NCBI GenBank assembly: GCA_020249265.1
Contig: JADCGA010000008.1
Location: 57,004 to 121,003 of the forward strand
From: Roseomonas sp.
GTDB taxonomy: Bacteria > Pseudomonadota > Alphaproteobacteria > Acetobacterales > Acetobacteraceae
Reading direction: 5' to 3'
DNA length: 64,000 nucleotides
Shown piece by piece: positions 32,550 to 42,485 of the stretch (position 1 is its first letter; each line of letters starts with the position of its first letter). Under the pieces are notes generated by a model. It saw nothing but the letters and a program-made list of their open reading frames with translations, did not search any database and was not told the origin of the DNA. The position numbers and the translations under genes were made by a program.

Positions 32550-33203
32550 ATGCCGATTCCAAGCTACGCAGATGCGGTGCGCTATGTGCGCCGCCAGCCG
32601 CGGATCAATACCAGCGCCCTGGCGGATGGCCTTGGGATCCGTTGGAGCTTGGCTCTCGACTACCTGCAGCGCATGGAGCAAGCGGGCGTTGTTGGCACCA
32701 TAGACGATCACGGCTGGTGGCCTGTGTCCCGGCCTCAGGGTCCGCCTGCCGTTCGCAAAGCCACGGCGGCCCAGGCTGCTACGCCGCAGCAAAGCCCCAC
32801 ACCCGAGTTCGAAAGACCTCAAGAAACTCTCGTCGCCGGGGCGCCCCTTGGCCAATCCACTGATGAAGGGCAGCAGAAACTACTGGAAAAACTGCGTGAC
32901 GCAGCCCGTGTGCTGATGGCCGAGCGGGAGAATATGCAAAAACTCCGTGATGCCTGCCGGCTGCTGATCGCCGAACGTGAAGCCTGGAAGCGCCGCGCTT
33001 TGGCCGCTGAGGCGCGCATGCTGACCGAAGAGGCCGATGAAATGGATCGCCACCGCTTTGATGCGCTGCGCCGCGTGCTCGCGCGTGAGTTGCACCCGGA
33101 TTATGCGCCTGCGAATTGTGCCGATCTTCCACTGCGTGAGGCCTTGTTCAAATCCATCTGGCCCAAGGTGGAACAGATCGAACGCAAGGGGCGCGGTGGG
33201 TAA
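32550..33203 (+). CDS. Hypothetical protein: FtsK-gamma-like winged helix, coiled coil and HPD (J-like) C-terminus
   Basis: YADAVRYV...NTSAL...LGI...A...LQRMEQAGVVG resembles FtsK gamma; LARELHPD...FK resembles J-domain helices II-III. Confidence 0.6.
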   Translation: MPIPSYADAVRYVRRQPRINTSALADGLGIRWSLALDYLQRMEQAGVVGTIDDHGWWPVSRPQGPPAVRKATAAQAATPQQSPTPEFERPQETLVAGAPLGQSTDEGQQKLLEKLRDAARVLMAERENMQKLRDACRLLIAEREAWKRRALAAEARMLTEEADEMDRHRFDALRRVLARELHPDYAPANCADLPLREALFKSIWPKVEQIERKGRGG

Positions 33204-33533
33204 GCCCTGCGCAATGGCTAGAAACTGTCATTGCCCCAATGGCTTCGCCCGATTGCCGCGCGCGCGCGACGGGGTGATGGCCCTGATTTTCCTGGATTTT
33301 ACCCTGACCGCCCGCCGGCTGATCCGGGCAGAGACCCCATGCAATGACGAAGCCCGCTTCTGGGGCCGGAAACGGTGCCGGAAATTAATGAAGTGACACG
33401 CCAACCATGGCGAAACCCCATCAGCCAGAGGCAACCCAGGACAAGCATGACGCCGTGATCGGAAATTCCAAATGGTTTCAGGCATTTGCGCTCCGCATTT
33501 CATTCAGGCCGCTTCTGGGTTAGGCTTTCCTCC

Positions 33534-34724
33534 ATGCTTTCAGGTCGCAAAATCCTGCTGATCGTCTCGGGCTCCGTCGCTGCCTATAAGGCGCTGGAAT
33601 TCACGCGGCTTGCGCGCAAGGCGGGGGCGAGTGTCACCGCCATCCTGACCGCGGGCGGGGCGCGGTTTGTCACCAAGGAAGCGCTGGCCGCCATTACCGG
33701 CCAGGCGGTGCATGATGATCTTTGGGCGGCTGAGGCCGAGATTGGCCATATCCGCCTGGCGCGCCTGCCCGATCTAGTGCTGGTGGCGCCAGCTTCGGCG
33801 GATTTGCTGGCGAAAATCACGCATGGCTTGGCGGATGATTTGGCGACTTGCGTGCTGCTCGCGACCCGCGCGCCGATCCTGGTCGCCCCCGCGATGAACC
33901 CCGCCATGTGGGAAAACCCGGCGACGCAGGCGAATATCGCAACACTGCGCGCGCGCGGCATCATGCTGGCCGGGCCGGAAGTGGGCGCCATGGCGGAACC
34001 GGAATCGGGGCCTGGCCGGCTGATTGAACCCGCAGCCCTTCTGGCCGCGGTTGAGGCTGCGCTGACGCCCAACGCGCAGCCCCTGCAAGGCCGCCATGTT
34101 TTGGTCACCAGCGGGCCCACTCATGAACCCATTGACCCCGTGCGCTACATCGCCAATCGCAGCAGCGGCAAGCAGGGCCACGCCATTGCCGCAGCGCTTG
34201 CCGCACTTGGCGCGCGGGTGACTTTGGTCTCTGGCCCCGTCGCGCAGCCGGACCCGAAGGGTGTCACCGTGCGGCGCGTGGAATCAGCACGCGATATGCT
34301 GGCGGCGTGCGAAGCCGCACTTCCCGCCGATGTCGCCATTTGCGCGGCGGCGGTTGCGGATTGGCGAAGTGCTGCCGCCGCGGATCAGAAGATGAAAAAG
34401 ATCGCAGGCGAAGTGCCGCCGCCGATCGCGCTCGCACTCAACCCCGATATTCTGGCGACACTTTCCGCTGCCGGGCCGCGTCGCCCAAAGCTGGTGGTGG
34501 GTTTCGCGGCGGAGACCGAGAAGCTGGAAGAACATGCGCGGGCCAAGCGTAAGAAAAAGGGCTGCGATTGGATTGTGGCGAATGATGTCTCCGGCGATGT
34601 GATGGGGGGCGCGGAGAATACCGTGTTGCTGATCACGCCGAAGGGTACGGAAGCCTGGCCACGCATGAAGAAGGAAGACGTCGCGGCGAAGCTTGCCGCG
34701 CGCATTGCAGAGGCTTTGGCATGA
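33534..34724 (+). CDS. coaBC: Phosphopantothenoylcysteine decarboxylase/ligase
   Basis: [53 protein letters not shown]. Confidence 0.97.
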   Translation: MLSGRKILLIVSGSVAAYKALEFTRLARKAGASVTAILTAGGARFVTKEALAAITGQAVHDDLWAAEAEIGHIRLARLPDLVLVAPASADLLAKITHGLADDLATCVLLATRAPILVAPAMNPAMWENPATQANIATLRARGIMLAGPEVGAMAEPESGPGRLIEPAALLAAVEAALTPNAQPLQGRHVLVTSGPTHEPIDPVRYIANRSSGKQGHAIAAALAALGARVTLVSGPVAQPDPKGVTVRRVESARDMLAACEAALPADVAICAAAVADWRSAAAADQKMKKIAGEVPPPIALALNPDILATLSAAGPRRPKLVVGFAAETEKLEEHARAKRKKKGCDWIVANDVSGDVMGGAENTVLLITPKGTEAWPRMKKEDVAAKLAARIAEALA

Positions 34725-35173
34725 CCCCGGAAATTGCTGTGATACGCCTGCCCCATGGCGCTGATTTGCCGCTGCCAAGCTATGCGACCGAAGGTGCCGC
34801 GGGGATGGATTTGCTGGCGGCGATCAGCGCGCCGGTGGTGATCCCGCCGGGCGGTCGCGCCTTGATCCCAACCGGCCTCAAAATGGCGATCCCGGCGGGG
34901 TATGAAATTCAGGTGCGGCCCAGGTCAGGTTTGGCGCTGAAGAACGGCATTACCCTGCCCAATAGCCCCGGCACGATAGATGAGGATTATCGCGGCGAAT
35001 TGGGCGTGATCATGATGAATGCGGGCAATGAGCCCTTCACCGTGGAACGCGGCATGCGCATTGCCCAAGCCGTACTGGCGCCGGTGACGCGCGGCGTTTG
35101 GCGCGAAGTGGCGGCGCTGCCGGATTCCGCGCGCGGGGCGGGCGGTTTCGGCAGCACCGGGACGAAGGCCTGA
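34721..35173 (+). CDS. dut: dUTP diphosphatase
   Basis: [36 protein letters not shown]. Confidence 0.98.
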   Translation: MTPEIAVIRLPHGADLPLPSYATEGAAGMDLLAAISAPVVIPPGGRALIPTGLKMAIPAGYEIQVRPRSGLALKNGITLPNSPGTIDEDYRGELGVIMMNAGNEPFTVERGMRIAQAVLAPVTRGVWREVAALPDSARGAGGFGSTGTKA

Positions 35174-35179
35174 ACCCGC

Positions 35180-35647
35180 TTAATCCAGCACGCGGAAAAT
35201 CGCTTCGATCTCCACCGGGATTTGAGCGGGTAGGCTGCCAAAGCCAACGGCGGAGCGCGCATGCTGGCCATTATCACCCAGTACGGCGACGAAAAGATCT
35301 GAACAGCCATTGATGATGCGCGGATGTTCGCGAAACTCCGGCACCGCATTGACCATGCCGAGCACCTTCAGCGCACGCAGCCGCGAAAGCCCCCCGGCAG
35401 CGGAAGCCGCAACTGAAAGCAAGGAAAGCCCAACCCGGCGCGCGAGCTGATAGGCTTCATCAATGCTGACTTCCGTGGGCACCTTGCCGCTGATCGGTTT
35501 GCCTTCCGCATCGCGCGGCCCCTGGCCTGACAGGTAGATGATGTTCCCATCGCGCCGGAAGGGCACATAGGTGCCAAGCGGCTTCGGCGCCGGCGGCAAC
35601 ACCAGGCCAAGTGCGGCCAGACGGGCTTCGGGGGTATCCTCGGACAT
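35180..35647 (-). CDS. RidA/YjgF family protein
   Basis: PKPLGTYVP, IYLSGQGP, NGCSDL, HARSAVG, VEIEAIF. Confidence 0.9.
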   Translation of the reverse strand: MSEDTPEARLAALGLVLPPAPKPLGTYVPFRRDGNIIYLSGQGPRDAEGKPISGKVPTEVSIDEAYQLARRVGLSLLSVAASAAGGLSRLRALKVLGMVNAVPEFREHPRIINGCSDLFVAVLGDNGQHARSAVGFGSLPAQIPVEIEAIFRVLD

Positions 35648-35732
35648 TTATCGCTCCGTCTTGTTGGTCCTGATACTCGACACGGCTTGGCCAAGGCTGT
35701 CAAGCTTTGGGCTTGAATGTTGGAGGTTCCCA

Positions 35733-37082
35733 ATGCCCCAGGATCAGCACGGCCTTGCCATCACCAGCGCATCGGATGCCGCAACGCGCGCTTATGATCA
35801 TGTGGTGACGGGCTATCTGAAATATCGCGCCGATACGCCCGCGCGGATGAAGGCGCTGCTGGAAGCGGATGGCGATATGCCGATGGCGCGGGTGTTGCAA
35901 TCGGCGCTGACCCTGCTTGCCTATAAGGCCGCGCTGCTGCCCGCCGCGCGCGAAGCGGCCGCAACCGCAACGCGCCTTGCCGCCAAAGCCAGTGCGCGGG
36001 AAGCGGCGCATGCCGCCGCCGTGACCGCTTGGGCGGCGGGGGATTTGGACCAAGCGCTGGCGGGGTGGGAGGCGATTTTGCAAGACCACCCGCATGACAT
36101 CCTGGCGTTTCGGTTGCATCACTTCAACGCTTTTTGGTTGGGCCGCGCGGGCACCATGCAGCGCATCGTGGATGGTGTTTATCCGCGCTGGACAGCCGCC
36201 TTGCCTGCCTATGGCAGCATTCTGGCCTGTCGCTGCTTCGCGCATGAGGAATGCGGCAATTATCAGTTGGCGGAAGAAAGCGGGCGCGCCGCCATTGATC
36301 TTGACCCGGGCGATTTATGGGCCGCGCATGCGGTGGCGCATGTGATGGAAATGCAAGGCCGGCGTGGCGAGGGTATTGCGTGGCTCGGCGCGCTTGAAAC
36401 ACATTGGGAAGGTGCTTCCAACCTGGTGCATCATTTGTTTTGGCACCGCGCGATGTATCATCTGGAACGCGCGGAATCTGAAGACGTGCTGGCGCTTTAC
36501 GATACTGGCTTTCGCAATCTGAAAAGCCCGCTGACGGAAGCCGCCCCTGATCTTTACATTGATGTGCAGAATGCCGCTTCCATGCTGTTTCGCTTGCAAC
36601 GCCAGGGCGTGAATGTGGGTGCGCGCTGGGAAGAATTGGCAGATAAGGCGGAAGCGCGGATTGGCGATTGCCTTTCTGCCTTTACGCTGCCGCATTGGAT
36701 GATGGCACTGACAGCCGCCGGGCGCTTCCAGGCGGCGGCACGGCTATTGGATGGAATACGTGATGCCATCGCTGCTGGCGGCACGCTCGCGCCCATTCTG
36801 CGTGATGCGGCGCTGCCGGTATGTGAGGCTGTGCTGGCACATGGGCGCGGCGATTATGCCCGCGCCGTTGCCGTGATGCGCCCTACCATTGGCGTGATGC
36901 ACCGCATGGGCGGCAGCCACGCGCAGCAGGATGTGCTGGAACAGCTTTTCCTGGATGCCGCGATGAAAGCGGGTATGCTGGCAGATGCGCGCCTGCTGCT
37001 GGAACGCGTGGCCGGGCGCCATCCCGTGCCGCCAGAACGTCGCGTGGGTTATGCCAGCGCTGCCGCCGCCGTGATGCATTGA
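35733..37082 (+). CDS. Tetratricopeptide repeat protein 38 (TTC38)-like
   Basis: HPHDILA, FAHEECG, DLWAAHAVAHVMEMQG, HLFWHRA, DAAS-like NAAS, GGSHAQQDV. Confidence 0.82.
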   Translation: MPQDQHGLAITSASDAATRAYDHVVTGYLKYRADTPARMKALLEADGDMPMARVLQSALTLLAYKAALLPAAREAAATATRLAAKASAREAAHAAAVTAWAAGDLDQALAGWEAILQDHPHDILAFRLHHFNAFWLGRAGTMQRIVDGVYPRWTAALPAYGSILACRCFAHEECGNYQLAEESGRAAIDLDPGDLWAAHAVAHVMEMQGRRGEGIAWLGALETHWEGASNLVHHLFWHRAMYHLERAESEDVLALYDTGFRNLKSPLTEAAPDLYIDVQNAASMLFRLQRQGVNVGARWEELADKAEARIGDCLSAFTLPHWMMALTAAGRFQAAARLLDGIRDAIAAGGTLAPILRDAALPVCEAVLAHGRGDYARAVAVMRPTIGVMHRMGGSHAQQDVLEQLFLDAAMKAGMLADARLLLERVAGRHPVPPERRVGYASAAAAVMH

Positions 37083-37096
37083 AAGGATAATGAGCC

Positions 37097-37435
37097 ATGA
37101 CTGAAGTCAAGGATTGGGCGAAGTACAGCGCCGGGCTGAAGGCGCGTGGCAAGGAATTGGGGCAATTGCACCCTGATATCGTGAAGGGTTTTGTGGCACT
37201 TTCAAATGGCGCGGCGCAAACCAAGCATTTGGATGCCAAGACGCGCGAATTCATCGCCCTTGCCGTTGCCATCACCACAAAATGCGATGGCTGCATTGAT
37301 GCCCATGCACGCAAGGCCAAGGCCGCCGGCGCCACCAAGGAAGAAATCGCCGAAGCGCTTGGCGTCGCCATCGCGCTCAATGCCGGTGCGGCCTATACCT
37401 ATGCGCTGCATGTGCTGGATGCGGTGGGGGATTAA
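37097..37435 (+). CDS. Carboxymuconolactone decarboxylase/AhpD-like protein
   Basis: LDAKTREFIALAVAITTKCDGCIDAH (CxxC). Confidence 0.9.
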   Translation: MTEVKDWAKYSAGLKARGKELGQLHPDIVKGFVALSNGAAQTKHLDAKTREFIALAVAITTKCDGCIDAHARKAKAAGATKEEIAEALGVAIALNAGAAYTYALHVLDAVGD

Positions 37436-37440
37436 CCCCC

Positions 37441-38319
37441 TCACCCCAGGCTTTTCTTGGCCACCGCAAGGGCAGTCCGCTGTTCCTTGGTGACCGCGGG
37501 GTAATGCAGATCAAGCTTTTCAAGCGCCTCGATAATGGCCGCCACCACCACCAGGCGTGTGAACCATTTCGAATCCGCCGGCACCACGAACCAGGGCGCA
37601 TGAGGCGCGGCGGTGGCGCTGATCGCGGCCTGATAGGCCTTCATATAGTCATCCCAATGGGCGCGTTCCGCGACATCATTGGGTGAGAATTTCCAGTTCT
37701 TCTCGGGTTCTGCGATACGGGAAAGGAAGCGCTTTTTTTGTTCATCTTGGCTGACATTCAGGAAGAATTTCAGCACCACCGTGCCCTGCCGCGCCAGATA
37801 GCGTTCATAGGCCGCGATATCTTCCAGCCTTTCATCCCAAATCTTCTTGCCGATAAGCGAAGGCGGCAGTTTCTGTCTTGCAAGCAATTCCGGATGCACG
37901 CGCAGCACCAGTGCTTCTTCATACCAGGAACGGTTATGGATACCGATGCGCCCGCGTTCGGGTAGAGCGATGGAATGGCGCCACAGGAAATCATGGTCCA
38001 GTTCCGTCGCGCCCGGCGCCTTGAAGGAATGCACTTGGCAGCCCTGCGGATTGACGCCTGAAAACACATGCTTGATGGCGCCATCCTTCCCTGCGGCATC
38101 CATCGCCTGGAAGATGCATAAGACCGACCAGCGATCCTGCGCATAGAGCTTATCCTGCATCTCCGCGAGCCGCACGACACCCTGTTGCAGCAGCGCCTCG
38201 GCCGCGGTTTTTTCCATCTCAAGCGCGGCGGTATCGCCCGGGTCATAATCCTTCAGGCGAAAACCGCGTCCCTTGGTTACCCGATAGCGATCCAGGATTT
38301 TGGTCACTCGTTTTTCCAT
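37441..38319 (-). CDS. ppk2: Polyphosphate kinase 2 family, class III-like
   Basis: QAMDAAGKDG, FKAP, HDFLWR, IHNRSWYEE, WKFSPND, VVPADSKW. Confidence 0.9.
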   Translation of the reverse strand: MEKRVTKILDRYRVTKGRGFRLKDYDPGDTAALEMEKTAAEALLQQGVVRLAEMQDKLYAQDRWSVLCIFQAMDAAGKDGAIKHVFSGVNPQGCQVHSFKAPGATELDHDFLWRHSIALPERGRIGIHNRSWYEEALVLRVHPELLARQKLPPSLIGKKIWDERLEDIAAYERYLARQGTVVLKFFLNVSQDEQKKRFLSRIAEPEKNWKFSPNDVAERAHWDDYMKAYQAAISATAAPHAPWFVVPADSKWFTRLVVVAAIIEALEKLDLHYPAVTKEQRTALAVAKKSLG

Positions 38320-39554
38320 CACGCGGGTTCCTTTCGTGCTTGCCACCAGGGCATAAGAATCCATAGCGCTGCTGCCAATTGGACGGAGAATGTCATGCCA
38401 AGCGCCCAGACATAACCCTGAGGCGCCCAGCCGCCGCTTGCGGTACGTGGCCAGAGATCAAGAATAGCACCGATCCCTGTCTGGAAGACAAAAACCACGC
38501 AAAGCATCAGGAAATTGATGGCGGTGGCAACGCGCCCTGCCAAAGCCGGCGGGAAGCCCTGCGCAATCGCCGCATAACCTGCGGGGCCAACGGAACCCGA
38601 GAAGGAAAAGAAGAACCATAGGAAGGACATAACCCAGAAATTACTTGGTCCCAGCATCAGCATGGCCTGCGCAAAAAGGCAGCCAGCGACGCCGATATAG
38701 GGCATCAACATGGGCGAGAAGCCGCGCGCTTGCGCGAAGGATGCGGCCTGCCCCGTAAACAGACTGCCAACCATCATGCCAAGCGCATAGATCAGCAAGG
38801 CAGCTGCGCGCGGTGCGTCATCAAGCCCGCCGACATCACGCAGCCACGGCCCAGCCCAAAGCCCCTGAAAGGTGAAATTGAGCGTGGAGAGCATACCAAC
38901 CGTTGGCACCAGGCGCAGAAACACCGGGTCTTTAAAGATGCGGCCATATTCACCGATTTCCTGGCGCAGGCTGCGCCGCGCCGCGGGTGCGACACCGGGC
39001 GGCGCATTGGGCACGGAAAACCAAATCCAGGCGGAAACAATAACCGCAAGCATTGCCAACACCGCGAAAACGCCGCGCCACCCGATGAAGGGCAGCGCCC
39101 ATTGCACCGGCATGGTGGCGGCAAGGCCACCCATGGACGCGAAGAAAAGACCGGCCCCTGTGACAGCCGCAACGCGTTCTTTCGGATACCATTGCGTATT
39201 TGCCTTCAGCATGGCCATCAGGCCGGCGGCTACACCAACACCGGCAACACAACGCCCGACGGCCAGCATCAGCACATCGGTTGATAGCGCACTGATCACA
39301 AAGCCCGTCGCCGCAATCAGGGCCAAGGTCGCCTGCACGCGCCGCGGGCCTTTCAAATCAAGCGCAAGCCCGATCGGCAATTGCGCCATGGCATAGGCCG
39401 CGAAAAAGCAGGCCGCGAGCAAGCCAAGCTCCGCTGCCGTCAGCCCGAATTCAAGCGCCAGAACTGGCCCGATCACCGCCACCAGGGACCGATTGGCCTG
39501 GTTGATGAAATTGATCGCCGCCAGCGGCAGGGTGATGCGGGTGAAAAGCGACAT
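38319..39554 (-). CDS. MFS transporter
   Basis: About 12 TM segments; motif A-like GLALDLKGPRR. Confidence 0.9.
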   Translation of the reverse strand: MSLFTRITLPLAAINFINQANRSLVAVIGPVLALEFGLTAAELGLLAACFFAAYAMAQLPIGLALDLKGPRRVQATLALIAATGFVISALSTDVLMLAVGRCVAGVGVAAGLMAMLKANTQWYPKERVAAVTGAGLFFASMGGLAATMPVQWALPFIGWRGVFAVLAMLAVIVSAWIWFSVPNAPPGVAPAARRSLRQEIGEYGRIFKDPVFLRLVPTVGMLSTLNFTFQGLWAGPWLRDVGGLDDAPRAAALLIYALGMMVGSLFTGQAASFAQARGFSPMLMPYIGVAGCLFAQAMLMLGPSNFWVMSFLWFFFSFSGSVGPAGYAAIAQGFPPALAGRVATAINFLMLCVVFVFQTGIGAILDLWPRTASGGWAPQGYVWALGMTFSVQLAAALWILMPWWQARKEPA

Positions 39555-39598
39555 GGGCGCAGCATGGCACGGGCTCTGCCCCCCGCCCATAGGTGATT

Positions 39599-40468
39599 TC
39601 AGGGCAGCTGCAGCCGGACCGAAATCGGGCAATGATCGCTGATCACATCACGCAGCGCGGGATCGCGTTCCGTATAGGACAACACGCGAAAACTATCCTT
39701 GACGAGCCAATCTGCCGCGCGCAGCCCCAGCAGAATGTGGTCCACAAAAGCGCGTCCTTGCCCATCACGCGCCCAGCAGGGATTCGAAAAACCCTCTGTG
39801 GCGCGGCGCATCGGCGATGCGGCGTTCAGTATGGCAAGCATTTCATCATCGCGCGAAAAGCGCCGATTGAAATCGCCCAGGATAACGAAGGGCATGTTTT
39901 CGCGGCGCCGTTCGGTGATCCATTCCGCCAGGATATGCGCCTGCTGGCCGAGGCTTTGGCAATCGCTGTTATTGGGCTGGCGAACAGAACCCTGAGAGCA
40001 TCCGCCATCCAGGTGAATGGAAAGCAACCGCAGCCGGGCACCATTGGCACCATGCAGGGTGATATCGGCGCCACGCCGCAAGGAACGCCGCGCGGTTGGG
40101 CGAAGATCAAGCGCCATCAGGTCCGGATTGCGCGTGACATTGAGCCCCTTGCGCCAGGCAAAGCCGGCACGCTGCACATCGCTTTCTGCCGGAAAGTGAA
40201 AATCATAGGCGGTGGAATCAAACACCCGCGCCGCCGCCAAAGGCCCATCCACTTCCTGCAACGCAATCACATCCGCCGCCAGCCGTTCAGCATAGGCCCG
40301 CAGGCGAACGAAATCCTGTTCGGTCCTGGCGGTTAGATCGCGCGGCAGATCAGGATGGCCGGCGGGCTTGGTGGTGAGCCAGGCGATGTTCCAGGTGGCG
40401 AGTTTGATTTCCTGCGCCCATGCAGGCAACGCCAGGAACATCAGGGCCAGAAGGATCAGCGCGCGCAT
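39599..40468 (-). CDS. Secreted endonuclease/exonuclease/phosphatase family protein
   Basis: Signal peptide; ATWNI, DVIALQEV, HL, GDFNR, VDHIL, SDHCP. Confidence 0.9.
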   Translation of the reverse strand: MRALILLALMFLALPAWAQEIKLATWNIAWLTTKPAGHPDLPRDLTARTEQDFVRLRAYAERLAADVIALQEVDGPLAAARVFDSTAYDFHFPAESDVQRAGFAWRKGLNVTRNPDLMALDLRPTARRSLRRGADITLHGANGARLRLLSIHLDGGCSQGSVRQPNNSDCQSLGQQAHILAEWITERRRENMPFVILGDFNRRFSRDDEMLAILNAASPMRRATEGFSNPCWARDGQGRAFVDHILLGLRAADWLVKDSFRVLSYTERDPALRDVISDHCPISVRLQLP

Positions 40469-40475
40469 GGTAGCC

Positions 40476-42485
40476 TCATAAAAGCTGCGCCAGATCAGGC
40501 GCGGGTTCAGGTTCTTTGGTTAAAGCTTCAAGGGGCCGCGCGCCAGAGGCCAGCAGGAAATCAGCCAGCGCATCCATCTCCTCTGCCCGGCGCGTGCTGT
40601 CGTGGAAGGGATCATCGGCGGCGGAACCGGGCGGGACCCAGATGATCGTCTCATACCGCGCGCGCGTCAGCAGCACGCGATAGGTATTCAGGATGTAGCG
40701 CTGTTCCTCAGCGCCGCGCACGATCTGCCATTGATGGCCGGCAAAGCGCCGCGCGCGCCATTGGCCGGCATGACGCAAAAAATCGCCCCCCCAGGCAAGG
40801 CCCACCACATCCAATTCCAAGCCCTGGCAATCATATTCGGTGGCGAAGGTTTCAAGCGCTTCGGAAGAACGGATATCCGGCCAGCGCTTCAGGAACCAAT
40901 CGGCAATATCGGGCACCTGCACGCCAAGCCCTTCGGCGCGCAGGCGCCGCGCTCCGGCGGAAGCGACCAGCCCAGCGCGGCGCAAACCACGGCTGCGGGC
41001 GCGCAGGGCAGCGCGCCAAGCGATTGGATCGCGCGTGACGTAGTAGGGTAATTCTGGCGTCGCTTGCGCAATGGCGCGTGCGGCGGGCGCATCACCTTGC
41101 AAGACCGCATCCACCCATTCCGTGCCCCTGCTGGTGCGCAGGCTGCGAATGGGGGTTTGCAAGTCCAGATCATCATCGAAGCTGAGCCAAGCCTGCGGAC
41201 CTTCGGCTAGCCGTTGCGCGGGATCGGTAGCCGTGATGCTGCGCCGGGCCGCCACCGCGCGCCAGGAAGATGAAGCCGCAATTACGCGGCCCCATTCGGC
41301 AAGACCTGCCTCTCCGGTATTGATCTCCTGCCCATTGCCGATCAGCGCGACAATCACGGCCCAACCTTCATGCCGCGCCATGATTTCCAGCGTATGGGCG
41401 GGTTCGCTTTTGGTCAGGTGGCTTTTGCGGCGCTGGCCATCGCGTGTTGCTTGCGCCTGATCCCAGGCGCGTTGGGCTTCGTCGAAAACGATAATGCGCG
41501 CTTCGGGTTTCTCCGCCGCGTTGATCACGTGATGTTCCAGAAAGCGATGGACATTCTGCAACGCGGTGCGCGCAGCGCGTTCTGCGGCCTGAAACGCGGC
41601 ACCCCCTTGCGGCGCTGCATCGCGCGCCAAGGCTTCCCGCAATACCGTCACCAGCGGCACATTGCCGGAAAGGAAGGCCGCACCTGCTTCCCGCAAGGTA
41701 CCAAATACCAGATTGAGGCCGCAAAGCGTTTTGCCCGTGCCGGGAATGCCGGTGACGAAAACGACATGGCGCCCGCCTTCAGCTTGGGCATGCGCAATCA
41801 CGCGCGCAATGGCATCGGTGGTGCGGGTCAGATTATGTGCATCGGCGCGTGTGGCGCCGATATCCTGCACCGCATTGCGCCGATACAAAAGCCGCGCCGC
41901 TTCCAGCACGCTTGGTACGGGGCGATAGGCGGAACGCGCCCAGGCATCCGCTTCAATGGGCGTCGCTGGCGACGCGATGGCTGCCTGTGCGCGCGCCACA
42001 ATATCCCGCAGCATGGCGCCATTGGCGACCATGGCTGGTGCCACGCCATGCCAGAATAGCGGCAGGTCAAGATCGCGCTGCTGCGTGGCAGGGGCAACCA
42101 ATACAGGAATGATCGGCACGCCACGGCTGCCGGCATGAAAATCATGCAAATCCATGGCGTAATTATCGGTCTGGCGCAGATCAGCCAGGTCCGGCTTCTG
42201 CGCGCCCATCTTGAATTCCAGAACAAAAATCGCGCGGTCCGTCAGCAAAATGGCATCGGCGCGTTTTTCCAGGCGCAGCAAATCGCATTCCATGAAGATG
42301 TGCCAGGAAGCGTCGCCCTTAGCCAAAGCATCCTGCAACAGGGCAGCGCTGGCCTCCCAAGACTCGCGCTGCTTCAATTCAAGCGCGCCGAAACGCGCCG
42401 CCTGTTCATAGGCAAGGGCGGCAGCGATTTGCGCCGGCGTCTGAAGGCGAAACTCGCCTAGGCTTTGCGCGAACCACGGCCTCAT
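40476..42485 (-). CDS. DUF2075 (Schlafen group 3-like) helicase with N-terminal nuclease-like domain
   Basis: RADAILL...VLEFK, GIPGTGKT, VFDEAQR, CQGLELD, NTYRVLLTRAR. Confidence 0.85.
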   Translation of the reverse strand: MRPWFAQSLGEFRLQTPAQIAAALAYEQAARFGALELKQRESWEASAALLQDALAKGDASWHIFMECDLLRLEKRADAILLTDRAIFVLEFKMGAQKPDLADLRQTDNYAMDLHDFHAGSRGVPIIPVLVAPATQQRDLDLPLFWHGVAPAMVANGAMLRDIVARAQAAIASPATPIEADAWARSAYRPVPSVLEAARLLYRRNAVQDIGATRADAHNLTRTTDAIARVIAHAQAEGGRHVVFVTGIPGTGKTLCGLNLVFGTLREAGAAFLSGNVPLVTVLREALARDAAPQGGAAFQAAERAARTALQNVHRFLEHHVINAAEKPEARIIVFDEAQRAWDQAQATRDGQRRKSHLTKSEPAHTLEIMARHEGWAVIVALIGNGQEINTGEAGLAEWGRVIAASSSWRAVAARRSITATDPAQRLAEGPQAWLSFDDDLDLQTPIRSLRTSRGTEWVDAVLQGDAPAARAIAQATPELPYYVTRDPIAWRAALRARSRGLRRAGLVASAGARRLRAEGLGVQVPDIADWFLKRWPDIRSSEALETFATEYDCQGLELDVVGLAWGGDFLRHAGQWRARRFAGHQWQIVRGAEEQRYILNTYRVLLTRARYETIIWVPPGSAADDPFHDSTRRAEEMDALADFLLASGARPLEALTKEPEPAPDLAQLL

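Noticed and set aside
33204-33533. 330-bp gap before coaBC with a 60-aa ORF (MARNCHCPNG...)
   Set aside because: No RBS, no recognisable motif and no clear RNA structure; TTAA half-sites do not form a CtrA TTAA-N7-TTAA box
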